A stretch of 63,820 nt of DNA, counting the filler, from Sphacelaria rigidula (lineage: Eukaryota): the NCBI GenBank assembly GCA_964200075.2. It is 6 parts of 6 records of this genome, joined end to end, with 100 filler letters (N's around TTAATTAATTAA, not from the genome) between each part and the next. Parts side by side here need not be neighbours in the genome. Positions count along the whole stretch, not along the records: positions 1 to 10,555 come from CAXNAA020006283.1; positions 10,656 to 21,209 come from CAXNAA020006284.1; 4 more parts are not named here. One strand, 5' to 3'. The notes below the pieces were generated by a model. The model saw only the letters and a list, made by a program, of their open reading frames with translations. It was not told where the DNA came from and searched no databases. Shown here piece by piece: positions 1-12,048 of the stretch (within the stretch, counting starts at the first letter, position 1; the number at the start of each line of letters is the position of its first letter). The translations under genes were made by a program, and so were the position numbers.

Positions 1-290
1 TCTAACCCCTCCCATTCCTCAGGATGAGTCCATGGTCTCAAGGGATCAACCCATCTCTCCCCCGGTACGCGCCTTTCATTTTGGTCTCGCGGATGGGGTC
101 AGCACTCCCGCGCCGCGTCAACTTACGTCACGCAAACCCAGTCGACTACTTTGTTTATTTACGTTCTCACTCTTTCCACGGTGAAAATCATACATTACGA
201 AGAAAACACACAACGTATCGGGTATCGAACCACCGTTCTCTCGACCCTAATGGCGACAGTCGGACCATTACACCACCGGGGCGCGGCGGC
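1..290 (-). mobile_element. tRNA-derived SINE-like repeat, family B
   Basis: Minus strand reads GCCCCGGTGGTGTAATGGT (A-box-like) then GGTTCGATACC (B-box-like), followed by a body containing CCCATCCGCGAGACCAAAATGAAAGGCGCGTACCGG. Related copies lie at ~19600-19780(+), ~21555-21865(+), ~26613-26990(+) and 53270-53345(-, head only). Confidence 0.7.
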
Positions 291-1427
291 ATAGTGTACT
301 TGATAATTTCTGCAGTGCAGGGTTGAACGCGCAGTGACGATGTGATTGCGCATTGTGAAATGCCTAGACAGCACAGTACTGTGTACCGTGTGCAGACCTG
401 CTCAGGTGGCATTGACACGGCTTGGGAGCAGTTGAGAAAAGTGCGGTTGGTTTACGGCGATCAGCACATTGAAAAAGGCCACGTCATGCCAAGGTACGCT
501 GATAGTTGTTCGCGGGGGGCTCACTGACTTTTCCTTTTGTTAGCCTATCGTTGTTTTCGCCAACACCACCAAAATATTACCAGTGTTGTCCGAAACTCTT
601 CACGAGGATTGAAAGAGACCGATTAGCCTCGTCCTTTGCCGCGAATGATTCCGTGTTGTTCCAACAACCAAATATTCGGCTGAAGTACTGCGTAGTTGGT
701 GAGATTAGCCAGGGAAAGCGCGCTTTGCAAAGCTGTGTTGAAAATACCAAGTACTTTCCAATGGATACCCGGATATGGCCGCCACCGCGGCATTTATATG
801 TTATCGATTTTTTTTTCAGTGAGGGTTCGCGCTGCTGTTGCACCCGAGGCGTGTTCGAGTTGGTGCAAATTACCATGCGTTTCGTCCGATACCTGTTTTC
901 GTTCTCTACCTGATATCATCTCCCCCTTGCATCTGTACCCTAAACTGCGGCGGAGATATCTGGATTCGGACCGTCGGAATATCGTGTGAGGCAGCACACC
1001 ACACCCTCACTTTGCTTGCGATAACCCTGTGACACCGGCACATATCGCACAGTGGTATTCAACGATTGGAGAGGGCGGTACGGGTAGTCACTCAGCAACA
1101 TTACGAGAACAGAGAAACACTACTGTACAGTGCACTACAGTCAGTACTAAGGTAAATGGCCCTATGCACAATCGAAAACAGCGGGGGGTCGACTCAAAAT
1201 TTCCCCTGCTTTTTGTCTTGGTATTTTTTCTTCAAGCCCAATTCCAAGACTCCAACTCACCGCTACGTGGTACCAACACACCTTCGGAAATTTTGGCGAC
1301 GAAACTCACGTACCCCGCATGCACAATGCGGCATTCTACGTATCTAATAAGGTATCAAAAACACTTGCTTCCCCCCTGCTATCCTCCATGTTACTTCCCC
1401 TTGTCGTTTCGTTTGTATCCACCCAAG

Positions 1428-2550
1428 GTTCGGGGACACGGCGGCAAACGTTGGCGTTCTTGCTCTACTAGAAGCTTTTGAGGAGACGAAGGGATTGCCC
1501 TTGCCGGTGAAATCGGCAGCAGGAAGCATCGCTGCGGGGTTGTGGCGTATCTGGCTCACCCCAATAGACGCATACAAGACTACGTTACAGGTACGATCTG
1601 ACGTGCATCGTGCCCCGACGCAGACACGTGCACAACATGATCATACAGTCACCGTATACGAGGCGCATTATCCCCAATACCGATCGATACGTATTGACAC
1701 ACGCTGGCATCGACCAGCACTAGATTTTCCTTTCCATTCACCAATCAATATCTTCAACCCCTTGAGCGTCTGGGGGAGTCGGCGAATGGGAAAGACGCCC
1801 TGGTGACGCAACAGGAAGTGTCACGGCCGTTTGCCAGGAGGCGTGTGCTTTGTTTTCCCCTTTGGGCTGCGATTACGCAAAATATCTGCGAAATTGCGGA
1901 ACAACCCTTGGGATAGATATGACACATTCCCTCGTTGAAAACAGCACCGTACCCTCCACCAGCTTACTATCTTCGAAACGCAAGTAATTCTTCACCGTCT
2001 CTGCACCGAAAAAATGTTCTTGGAAGGTTTCGGGCGCTGACGGTGTGTCTATCCTTGCTGACAAAGTGGCGGCCAATGGACCATCTGTGCTCTTCGAGGG
2101 CGCCTTGGCCTCCGCTACCGCAACCTTCGTTGGTCATTATCCATGGTGAGCCAAACCTTCACCGGTCATTTGCCACTGTAAGTCAACGGTTCATCGTCAT
2201 TTTTCGTTGTGCGTACAGCCTTTATCGATCGTCGTTATCGGTATGCACAGCTCTTTGTTGGTGATCGTTCTTGTCAATATACCCTTTATTTGGTTGGTAA
2301 CATATATCTGTCATCATTCCTGGTGAGCAAAACCCGCATTGATTAGTTTTTAGGAAGAGTGCAGGTCTTCGTCGCGCGTACCCACCCATGTAACACGTGT
2401 AAAGCACTCACCGTGGTTCTATACCCGTGCAAGGCATGGCGTTGATTCGAAGGCAACCTGGCTTATACACACCCGTTTCTGCAAGTTTTGTGGGCTTCCA
2501 TCACGACAGCCGCCTTTTTCTTCGTTTTTTTGTCGTGCGAAAAAACGAAA

Positions 2551-2613
<63 letters not shown>

Positions 2614-4215
2614 ATTATTTTTACTACTATTATTATTATTTCCGCATGTTATTGTTTCTGGTATATAACTGCATACACCTACTTCGGATCAATAGCCGGA
2701 GCAACAGCGATTCCCTGTTCTCATTTCGGCGTAGAACGCCATGACTGCATTCTTTTACGGCCCCTTCATCGTACGTGTTGCTCTTTCTGACTCGGACGGT
2801 TTCCTTGTCTGGTGATCTCTGTGGCGATAATGTTCGTGTTCGCTGCTAGGTATTTCACGTATAATGCCTTGGGCGCGTGGCTACCAATGGCCCCACCGGG
2901 CGAGACTCTCCTAAAGCTCGGCCGGCAGGCCTTCCTCGGTACGTGCTGTATGCGTATTCGCTCAACTGCACGGGTCGCTGGAGAGTGCTAACGTACAGTA
3001 TGTCTGCGTTCAGCAGATAACCTCCTATGCGTTGGCACAGCGTTGCAACTGCACACTCTTCTCACCTCGTGGCATCATCCCAGCGTACCGCTTGCTGTAG
3101 CACTGGGCAAGTAGATTGATGGAGTATCCGTGGTTGGACCGAGACTTGATGAAAGCTGGCATATGAGAGCAGGTGACGACTGTTGTTTCTTCGTCCCGCG
3201 ATGATACCTTGCCCTTGTACCTGCAGGCCTATGCTCGTCATGTGTGTCGGATTGCTGCTCCAACTCTGTCCGGGTTGTAAAGACTACCAAGCAAACATCC
3301 CCGGTACCGGTAAGTGCAAAAATGCTGGGCAGCCACCCAAGTCTTGACCAAATACAAATGTCCTTGAAAGCGTGTGCTGCTTCCGCATTAGCGTCAGAGT
3401 AGCTGCAGCCATGGATCGCATGGGACACCCCGATCACCCCGCGCCCTTCAGTGCATTGAGATTCAAAGGAAATTAGGGCAATTTCTAATGCTGCTATTCG
3501 CGATTCCGATAGGAGTTCACTCTCAATGGCCCCTGCACCCATCCCGTGCTAGAGCAATGCAGTTGTCACGTGGTCCGTGACAATTTAAACCAACGTGTTT
3601 ACGCTTCGTACCTGCCGCTTCCGATCGACGACAGATAGACTACCCACAGGCTTTGAAGCAGGTCGTAGACGAAGATGGCGTGAGCGGACTGTTCTTCAGA
3701 GGATTGCAGACTCGCCTGTTAGTCAATGCTCTACAGGTGTGATACTACTATCTGCTTCGTTTAGCTCCTCTGCTGTTGTGCGTTTTGATGCGTCGGTCGC
3801 CGGCGCGACGTAGGCAAGCACGCTTGTTTTCAACGTGCAGTCATGATACTATAACAAGACTTCAGCTGGAAGATAGTGCTGTTTTACTGTGACGTGACTC
3901 GTTGCGACAAGTACGCTCAGCCAGTTGGATCCTGTCTCGCACATGCTGAGGTTGAAATGCGTTGCCAGGATGACATGAGTAACTACCGCCTATGATCTCC
4001 GCCATGACGTTCTTGGATTTATAGGTGGTGAGTTGATAAGTTGCGAGAGCAAATGAAGCGCACGATATGCCCCCCGGTCGATCCCCTCACCCCTCCTCAA
4101 TTTGTTTTTGCTCCCATTGTACCCGTCTGACTGCTGGCGCATGACACGTCTGAAGGGCGCCCTGTTCGCGGTTGCTTGGAAATACTTCGAAGGAGTCTTG
4201 AAAACAGGTCTTTGA
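1428..4215 (+). CDS. Mitochondrial carrier (SLC25-like) family protein, 5'-partial
   Basis: Exons 1428-1590, 2027-2145, 2850-2938, 3227-3309, 3635-3736 and 4156-4215, all GT-AG and phase-consistent. Translation: (R)FGDTAANVGVLALL...WRIWLTPIDAYKTTLQ|VSGADG..VLFEGALASATATFVGHYPW|YFTYNAL..RQAFLG|LCSSCVSDCCSNSVRVVKTTKQ..|IDYPQALKQVVDEDGVSGLFFRGLQTRLLVNALQ|GALFAVAWKYFEGVLKTGL*. Contains the Px[DE]xxK and [DE]GxxGL[FY]xRG carrier signatures. Confidence 0.9.
2552..2640. repeat. (GTT)n microsatellite followed by a (TAT)n-like tract
   Basis: About 20 GTT units then an imperfect TAT run, inside an intron of the carrier gene. Source of the spurious poly-Cys and poly-Val ORFs. Confidence 0.95.
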
Positions 4216-6792
4216 ACTTTTGCCTGCGAATTTTTCGAGGATCTCACCTTCAAACCTCGTGATACATGTGCATGACCGAGGTACCAAGAACTACGTGCGG
4301 GAATGCGTCGACTCGAAAGGACTACCTTCACGTTCAGAAAAGGGTTGCGTGGGGTGTTGTTCCTCGTGAGTACGGGGCGTGTGAGCCATCTACTCTTACC
4401 CTGACGTACAGAAACGCAATGAGTGGCATTATATATCATGTACCGATAGAGCGTGCGGCTGCTGTGCCCTACGAGTCGGCCCTAGAAAAGGGTCCAGTGT
4501 CTCGATACCAAAACGAGGACCTGAAATTCAGGGAAAGAAGTTAATCGATCATTTACAGGCCTCACCGTGTTTTCGTTTTTGTCGAAAAGAGATTTCTGGT
4601 GGTTTGACTGGATTTCACGTATTGAGACCTGCCTTGATTTTCTCATACCACCACTGAACAGCACGATGGTATTCAACCCTGCAGAATGCTGATATGATTT
4701 GTGACAACTGTGGGGGTACTTGGGGATCATCGCTCGAAATGAAACATGTAGAATAGTAATCAGGGGTACTGTAGTATATCTTTCCCTGTTCAGAATCGAA
4801 ATTTCCTTGCTTGAACGGTTTATATCCGTTACAATGGACGATTGCTTCCCAACAAAACCATCCGTCCCTTCAGAGCTTTCCCTGCGCGCTAATCCTAACT
4901 CCGCCAGTTGTCACAAACCATATTTGAAAGGAGCGTGCCAGCACTTTCGCTAGGCAGTTCAGACCCCCTTTGGGACCTAGAGGAGATATTATTTCGAGAA
5001 ACCGTACAATTGACCCTGAGCATACGCTGTACAGTACTGCATTTTTGGGAGGGTTTCGCAGGCGGTAGACTCGTTAACCCGATGGTGGGATCGATGGAGC
5101 CGTGTCTCTCCCGCACACCTCCTACGAAATGCTGAGGACCACTGCAAGTAGGTGATAAAGCACATCTTCTGCGTATGTATACATAGTTGTTGTGCAAAGG
5201 TACGAAAATGACGGCGGGTGGGGGGTGGCTGTATGTGCTGGATATTTTGCTACCTCCTCTGCCAATGTGCTGCGGATTGTAAAGAAAAACCCTGGGTCGC
5301 AACCATCCCGATGCAGCGACGCAGCCCACCCCGACACCAGTTCCTAACTTTCCCAGGAAAAAAGTGGCCATACAAGGCGTGATAGCTGGTTCAGATGGGA
5401 TGAAGCACCTCTCATGGGCGCTACTGGCGAAACAATCCTAAGCGTGGGAGTTCCCACAATCTCTCGTTGTTTGTGTGTCCAGTTATGTTTTTGCTCGTTT
5501 CACTCAAGTGACTATCTATATTTCCCCCCGGGGCTGCCAGGAGCTTGGTAGACGTTACAGAGGTGCGGTAGCTCACACTCTTCTCTGCACAGCAGACTAC
5601 TACCTCGCTGCTACATTTTGCCTGCTCTTCACTTCAAAAAGATGCATGTACGCAAACGGAGAGCACTGTACTTGCGACGGCGGCAGTTGCGCGACGGGGA
5701 CATCGCCTTGTTACGTGTCCTGTAGCGCTTAGAGGCACGTCCTGTTGAAAAAATGCCGCACAGTGACGGTGGTTTTATTGTTGAACTGCTCATCATGCTT
5801 GGGCTACCGTACAGAAACTGTTAGGGTTACGTGGTCGAAACCGCTCGCGAATCCCGGGCCTATTGGACGAAACAAATGAAATTTCGATGGCGACTCCAAC
5901 CTCGCCCAGATGTTGAACCTTAAAAACGGACCCAGTCTGTTGAAGGGAAAATATGGACTGTTGAAAGCATTTCAAAGTTCATTCGCCCTTTATCGACTTT
6001 CGATGACCCAGCCGGTACAAAATGCCTTGAAAAATAATCATGCGTCCCGGGGTAGTCCAAGGAACATTGTGAAATGTGTCGTTGCGTATCTAGAAAAAGT
6101 GATGCACTGGGGTTGTTTTAACGCCAAACGTACGGGAAAAAGTCATTTCGATCCTGAAACGAAGTAATTTGGAGTTTGTATCTGCCTTTCAAGCCGCGAT
6201 TCTTGGAGCTTTAAACTGAAATTTCGCGCTCAGAGATCTCTTGGAAAATGGGTTCAACCCACCTTCCGAAGTCTGACCCTGTTGCCCACATAGTGTTTGA
6301 AAACTAAGCAAGTGTGGCTAGATGCGCCCAGTAAACAATGCGGTGTACACATGTGTCGACGACGATGCCACCGGAAGAGCAATGGCGGAGAGGAAGCTCG
6401 TCGCCCGTTCCCTTTGAGTTACTTCGTTCGGAGATCCTAAGCGCTGGAGAGATTGGCATCGTGTCACCACCACATGCCCAATTTACAAACCCTTTCGTCA
6501 GCATAAGAACGGCAGGCGGTTCGTTGTGCAGCCCACAAAGGGATAATAATGCCGCTTGGGCTATGGCGTCTGGACTGTTCCTGTATAACCAATCGTGTCG
6601 TCTCTGTGGCGCTGACCAATCAAATGCGAAGATCGATTTCTTTTTGCCTCTCTTTTTGGACAGGTGATACAAACAGAATAATGTTGGCCATAGTGGTCGT
6701 CCACATGCGTATCTCTACTGTGCGAGCCGATATCCTAGAGCGAACAATCATATAGTTAAGTCAAATCATGCATGGACAAATGCGTGATGATT

Positions 6793-6817
6793 AATATATA
6801 TATATATATATATATAT
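6793..6817. repeat. (TA)n microsatellite
   Basis: Direct reading of the sequence. Confidence 0.9.
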
Positions 6818-7319
6818 GCATATCATATTGAATACGCAGGAACACATTGAAAATACACCATCCTGATTGTGTACTAGTTCATTTCTAATAACTACTATGC
6901 CGGCCTTCATGCATCTGCTCGTTATCCAAATCAACCTCGTTGCAGTCTCACCGTCATGTCTGAAACAAGCGTAAGCTCACAGCACGTGGGTAAGCCCAAT
7001 GCAGAACGATACACGACGAACGTCACGATACCTTGATCACCTCTTCAGGTCGATTCAATTTCTTTTCCTTTCTTGGTGGGATTTATCTCAGCACTCAAAA
7101 GAGAGTGAATCCCAGGGTGCCAGCTGGATCGATTCTTGTAAAGAATCGGATCCAACCGGATGTAAAGAGGCATGTTTATGTATGCCGTCTTTTGACGGGT
7201 TACACCGCCTTCACCCCTGATCACGGTACTAGCTAGTTCCCGCAACCAGCCCTCCGGGCGTAGTGTCGTTGTGAAACCGACGGCCCATCATCGTACTATC
7301 TCCATTCACCCCGCCACGC

Positions 7320-8737
7320 CGCGATCCGTAACACCCCCCTCAGTCCTAGGATTTAAAAACCCTGGGACTGAACGTGGTTTACACGATGGATCGCCGCGAT
7401 ACCATGTCCCTCTTCCCGAGTACTCGGCGTCTTGGTGTAGCCGTCGATCTTAAGAACCGTTCTGCTTGTTAGAACGCGTAGGGCACTTCAGCACCGCGCA
7501 GGAACGGTTCTATCCCGCCCGGGGGGGTCCGCTGTCTTGTGACCGCTCTGCCGGGTTAGACCACGTAGGGAATTTAAACACCATGCAGAAACGGTCTCTT
7601 CCCTCCATCAGTTAGACCCTGAAACTATTCCGATATCCTGCCCATTCACCGTATATTTTCGCACCTCCAACGGCGTCATCTCTTCATACTTGATACGGTA
7701 ATACGGCTGACGAAAATCGAACACCTCCCCGTCGAACCCCTGCTGCTCACCTTGGTTGTCTACAAATCGTTCACGAATTTTAGTCCCTCAGGAATCTGTC
7801 GTAAAGCTTCATCCCGAGCAATAGAGTCTCTTTCTGTTCGAGATGGCGCAACAGATGGGCGTGGTTTGGCTTGTGGGTGATATAGTTCCCACAAAGCATG
7901 AAACACGTCCAGCTGCAACCCCGTGAAACTGTCCAACACTTCTTCCTCAGAAAGCCAATCAGATTCAGCTCCGTCATGAAATAACCCTCGATAGGCCCAC
8001 TCCCATGATGATCCTGCTCCTAGCACCACTTTCCTATCGGTCAATGTGTACAGTTGTGGGACGGTCTCGATCCCCTCAGCCAAACCAAGATCAGCCCCCC
8101 ATGCTAACTGAGAGTACTCGTCCGGAAACGAGTGTCGCAGCTGTTCAGGTCGCACATGGAATTTCTTCACATTGGCTGCCGACACCGTCCGTTCTCGTAC
8201 TTTGCGTCCCTGCATACCGACCTTAATGCTGAGACCGGGTATCACCATTTGCTGCACCGTCCATGGTCCCGTCCACAAGTCGTGCACTAGTTTAGTCGGC
8301 ACCTCCTCGCGTACAAGGGAGCTGTCGGACTCCTTTACGAACATCATGTCCCCTACCTGAGCTGGCGACCCCACCGACGGGCGACTCAGCTCGGCATTTC
8401 TAGCCGATCTTACCTCTTCCCTTCGCTTGTGGTGTTGGGTCAGAAGCTCGTGAACTTCCTTCAGGTTCTGGCGTTGTTGTTCCACCGTGTTGTTCAACGG
8501 TGGAGACTCCGCTTCAGGTGACTCAGCGTCTATTTGGGTGCGTGGCTCGCGCCCAAAAAGCAGCTTGAATGGAGTCGGGTTATTAGGCAATAAAGGATCG
8601 GGAGTAGTACGGTGAATCCACACAGCGGGGACTACGTACTCATCCCACCTTTTCGGCCATTGCTTACAAAGCTCGGCCAAAACGTCGTGCAACCATCCTC
8701 CGTACCTCTCTACCGCGCCTTGTCCGCGAGGGTGCTC
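7320..8737 (-). mobile_element. Ty3/Gypsy LTR retrotransposon, degenerate 3' fragment (integrase C-terminus, chromo-like and Tudor-like domains, PPT, start of 3' LTR)
   Basis: Minus ORF EHPRGQGAVERYGGWLHDVL...WDEYVVPAVWIHRTTP...TPFKLLFGREPR (integrase core end), then WTGPW (GPY/F-like) and a chromo-like segment at ~7885-8055. A frameshifted tail reads FDGEVFDFRQPYYRIKYEE. Purine tract GAGGGGGG abuts TGTTACGG at 7333, the likely LTR start. The LTR runs further left to a boundary I could not fix. Confidence 0.85.
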
Positions 8738-10555
8738 TTAATCGAATATACTCACACTCAATGATTGATACATGTAAGCAGGCTGGATGCGAGGGAAATG
8801 GATTTTGTGATTGGACCATGACATATGGGCGAATGACAAGTAATGAGATACAGTTCTATTATTAAAGGTATACCCGATTTGTTGGTTGCAGCAAGGATCC
8901 GTTGAGGGGCACACGCCAAATCGCGTGGCCAAGGAATTAGGCTCTGACGTGTTGTTTTTCTACATGGATGGATCTTCATGAGTGACCACGCCCCTTTTTG
9001 GCAGTGCACTTTTCTGGATTTTTACGTTTTGGTGGAGAGTATAGTATATATTAATCAACAACGGAATCAATTCAACACAGAAGTCCCATGACCTTTTATT
9101 ACACATAGACCCCAGCGCTGAGTAGGAGATTCAGCCCCTACACTAGCGATTAGGCTGCGCTCCGCACAGGCAACTTCAGGGTTTATTCAGACATAAAAGA
9201 TGCCCATCCAGACGCGGTGAGGGAGATACTATCAGGATACATCCAGGAGCAAGATAAATAGAAACAAGAACTGCGACAACAAAGTCAAGAACAAGAAGAG
9301 GATCCAAGACTGGCAGCGCGCGCGTCAGCAACAAGAGCTACGCCCCCCCAGCAACGATTCCAACCTACGACTACTGCAGCAGCATTTCAAGACATTCGAG
9401 GCGCACCCCTGCATACACAGGGTCAAGCCCAGATGGCACAGTCTGGCATTTTGAGGGTACGTTCGCATAACAGTATTGCAGCGTGGGATGGTACGGTAAA
9501 GAGTGGTGAGGATGTAAGAGAAAAGTTCGTGGTTTGAAGCTACAGATGACAGCGTACTTTAAGCAAGAACTCTGCGAAGAGGCTCTCTACACATCTTTTC
9601 CAATTAGGGTACATTTTGATAATGAGCGGGATTTGATCGAGAGGTATGGGACCGAGTTGGTAGGGAAAGCCACCAGAGCATGGAGTATCATAGTCGAAAA
9701 AATTACTTTCAATCCGCTTGTGCAACAGTTAATGAGACTGGGAAACCCCAGCGAGGGATGGAAGTACGTTGTGGAATACTACACCGTTTCTCCAACCACC
9801 GAAAGGGCACAGTTGGACCATGCATGGCAGACCCTTGACATGAACTTGGGAGAGGACCCCCGTATGTTTCTAGATAGAGCAAAATTGAAACGGTACAAAC
9901 GTACTAAGCTTGGAGTCGTGATGTCAGATGCAGATGCGAATCGGCACTACATACGACGCCTCTCAAGTGACTTCGACAGCGTCCGTGGTGTATTGCTTGC
10001 TTTTGATGAAGTAACAACAGATACCCTGGAGCGCAAGGTGATGGCGGCGCATGGTGAGATGGAACTGGCCAGGAGTAGGGCAGGAAGGAATCAGGATGGG
10101 GTACAAGGCCACGCGCTCGTCGCTGCCACTGGGGGTGGCAGAGGTGGGGGCGAGCTGCAAAATGGACGATAACAGGGCGGTGAGAGACGTCGACAACAGG
10201 GTGATGTTTTTTTGTCATTTTCACAATACGACCCATCACGATGACGCACAACGAAACATGCACGCACAAGAAAGTCGTGGTGATCGTGGTGCGTGCAATG
10301 GTGTTCGTCAGCAGCAATACCATAGTACAGACAGTTTTGGAGGACGTGGGGGAAATGGACGTGGCAGGATTCTCACTCAGTCACTGCAACTCACTCAGCA
10401 ACAACAACAGCAGCAACAATACCAGCAACCCCAGCAACATCAGCAGCAAGCGAGACGTGGAGGACGGAGCGCAGGGCGTGGATTTGGTCACAGGTACGGT
10501 GCTTCGGGGCGCGGGGGTGGGAATGCCCACCCCGGCAGCCAACTTCCGTGTTATG
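8738..10555 (+). mobile_element. Ty1/Copia-type LTR retrotransposon, 5' part (probable LTR plus degenerate gag), cut by the contig end
   Basis: ORF ~9433-10172 with an internal stop at V-V-TGA-K-L-Q. Motifs AWSIIVEKI..PSEGWKYVVEYY..LDMNLGEDPRMFLDR..IRRLSSDFDSV resemble the Copia gag (Retrotran_gag_2/UBN2-like) domain. Followed by a degenerate Cys/His knuckle (FCHFHNTTHH) and a Gly/Gln-rich linker. Non-coding 8738-~9180 is the presumed LTR. Confidence 0.75.
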
Positions 10556-10655
10556 NNNNNNNNNNNNNNNNNNNNNNNNNNNNNNNNNNNNNNNNNNNNT
10601 TAATTAATTAANNNNNNNNNNNNNNNNNNNNNNNNNNNNNNNNNNNNNNNNNNNN
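10556..10655. other. Artificial contig spacer (N44-TTAATTAATTAA-N44)
   Basis: Exactly 100 bp with a six-frame stop linker. Confidence 0.98.
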
Positions 10656-10768
10656 CCACTGTTGGGCATGTTGTGAGAAAAATTCCTAGATCGCTCCAGG
10701 AATCGAACCCCACTACTCAACCATCAGGAGGTTTCGAGGTTACCAACTGACCCACCGGGGCGACCGGC
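10656..10768 (-). mobile_element. tRNA-derived SINE-like repeat, family A (head, truncated by contig end)
   Basis: Reverse complement GCCGGTCGCCCCGGTGGGTCAGTTGGTAACCTCGAAACCTCCTGATGGTTGAGTAGTGGGGTTCGATTCC matches the head at 43645. Confidence 0.8.
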
Positions 10769-12048
10769 TACATGATGCAAGTATTTTTCCATTAAATTTT
10801 GACACGATGTACATGGGGTATGCTGTAAAGATCCAATTGTTCCCCCTTGACTTTTTTGCCTTACTTTTCAATGAGTTCGCAACGCGTTTGTACCGGGAAT
10901 TTTGTTCCGAAATTTCGATTACCAATGATTCACGAGGAAATGAAAACAATGAGGGGAAAACGATAGGGGCCTTGCACATACCTCATATACAACGTGTCAA
11001 AATTTCATCGAGAACGACTCAAAATTGAGCAGCGTAACAGCGCTTTTCTGTTGAGAACCAATTGGCTTGCTCTTAGAGTACGATAACCTCAGCCGGAACT
11101 TTGACGTTCTCTACAAGCTGTCTTCACCCACTGCTCACCGGTTTGCACACTACTATTAGACGCCTCGGCGCGCTGGAGGCCTCGTCTGCATGCCATCTCA
11201 GACACTTCTCGCCTACACTACGACATGCATTGTTGTACGATCACAACTCGTGTAGCACCACACTTTGCCACCGCGGCGCAACCGACTGGAACCGAAAATA
11301 CGGTTTCAGCCGTTTTTTTGCCCTAATATCGCCGCACATATCACCCCCAACTCTCTACACTTCGCAGCTGACTACAATTTGGTATTATGTTTGATGGAAA
11401 CTTTTTGGATCGCAGTGCTACGTGGATTTGGATTGGAAGACGCGCTCTGATTTGCAGATCATCACGATGTGTCAAAATAGGCATAACTCGCGACATATCG
11501 TCAGTTAGAACGGGCTGAAGGAAAGTCTGTTCCTTTGGCGGCCCAGCTTGTAGTGACTCCATCATGAAAAACAAAATTGTACCAGCATGGGTGCGCCAAT
11601 CGAGTGTGATCTATCGTTGGGTCACCATTCATGCACACATATATGCATACGACAGTAGCTACTGCTATAGGTTTCCAAACTGTACCGAAGAATATTTAAT
11701 GTAGTCTGGCCGAACCGTCGGATTTCATGGACCGGAATAGCTTGGCGCACGGGAAGTGTCAAATGAGGCCTGTGCGGTCACCGTGTTTTGATTTGTCAGG
11801 CTTTTCCATCCGGGTCCAGGAAGAGTGGAAAGTGTTTTGATCGAAAAGAGTCTGTTTTTTTCAAAGTGAATGCCCTGTTCAGATGGCCATGGATACCAAC
11901 AGTCTTACGCAGCCTTCCGTCTTCGAATGTCGTGTGATGTCATGCATGCCATCGCTAACATGGCCAAGACGGAGAATTCCCATCACGTAGCCGTGCACCC
12001 CTGTTTGGACACCTTTCGTTGTCTCGTCTACCTCGAGGATGGCGTCAG

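Noticed and set aside
2427..2790. Poly-Cys and poly-Val ORFs
   Set aside because: Translations of an intronic (GTT)n microsatellite.
4900..6667. Possible exons of another gene (e.g. 5358-5443 EKSGHTRRDSWFRWDEAPLMGATGETILS, 5541-5562 ELGRRYR, ORF 6338-6667)
   Set aside because: Splice-like signals exist, but I found no consistent multi-exon chain and no recognisable family motif.
10600..10611. TTAATTAATTAA recurring every ~10.65 kb as a biological periodic motif
   Set aside because: Always centred in 44+44 Ns. It is an assembly linker.
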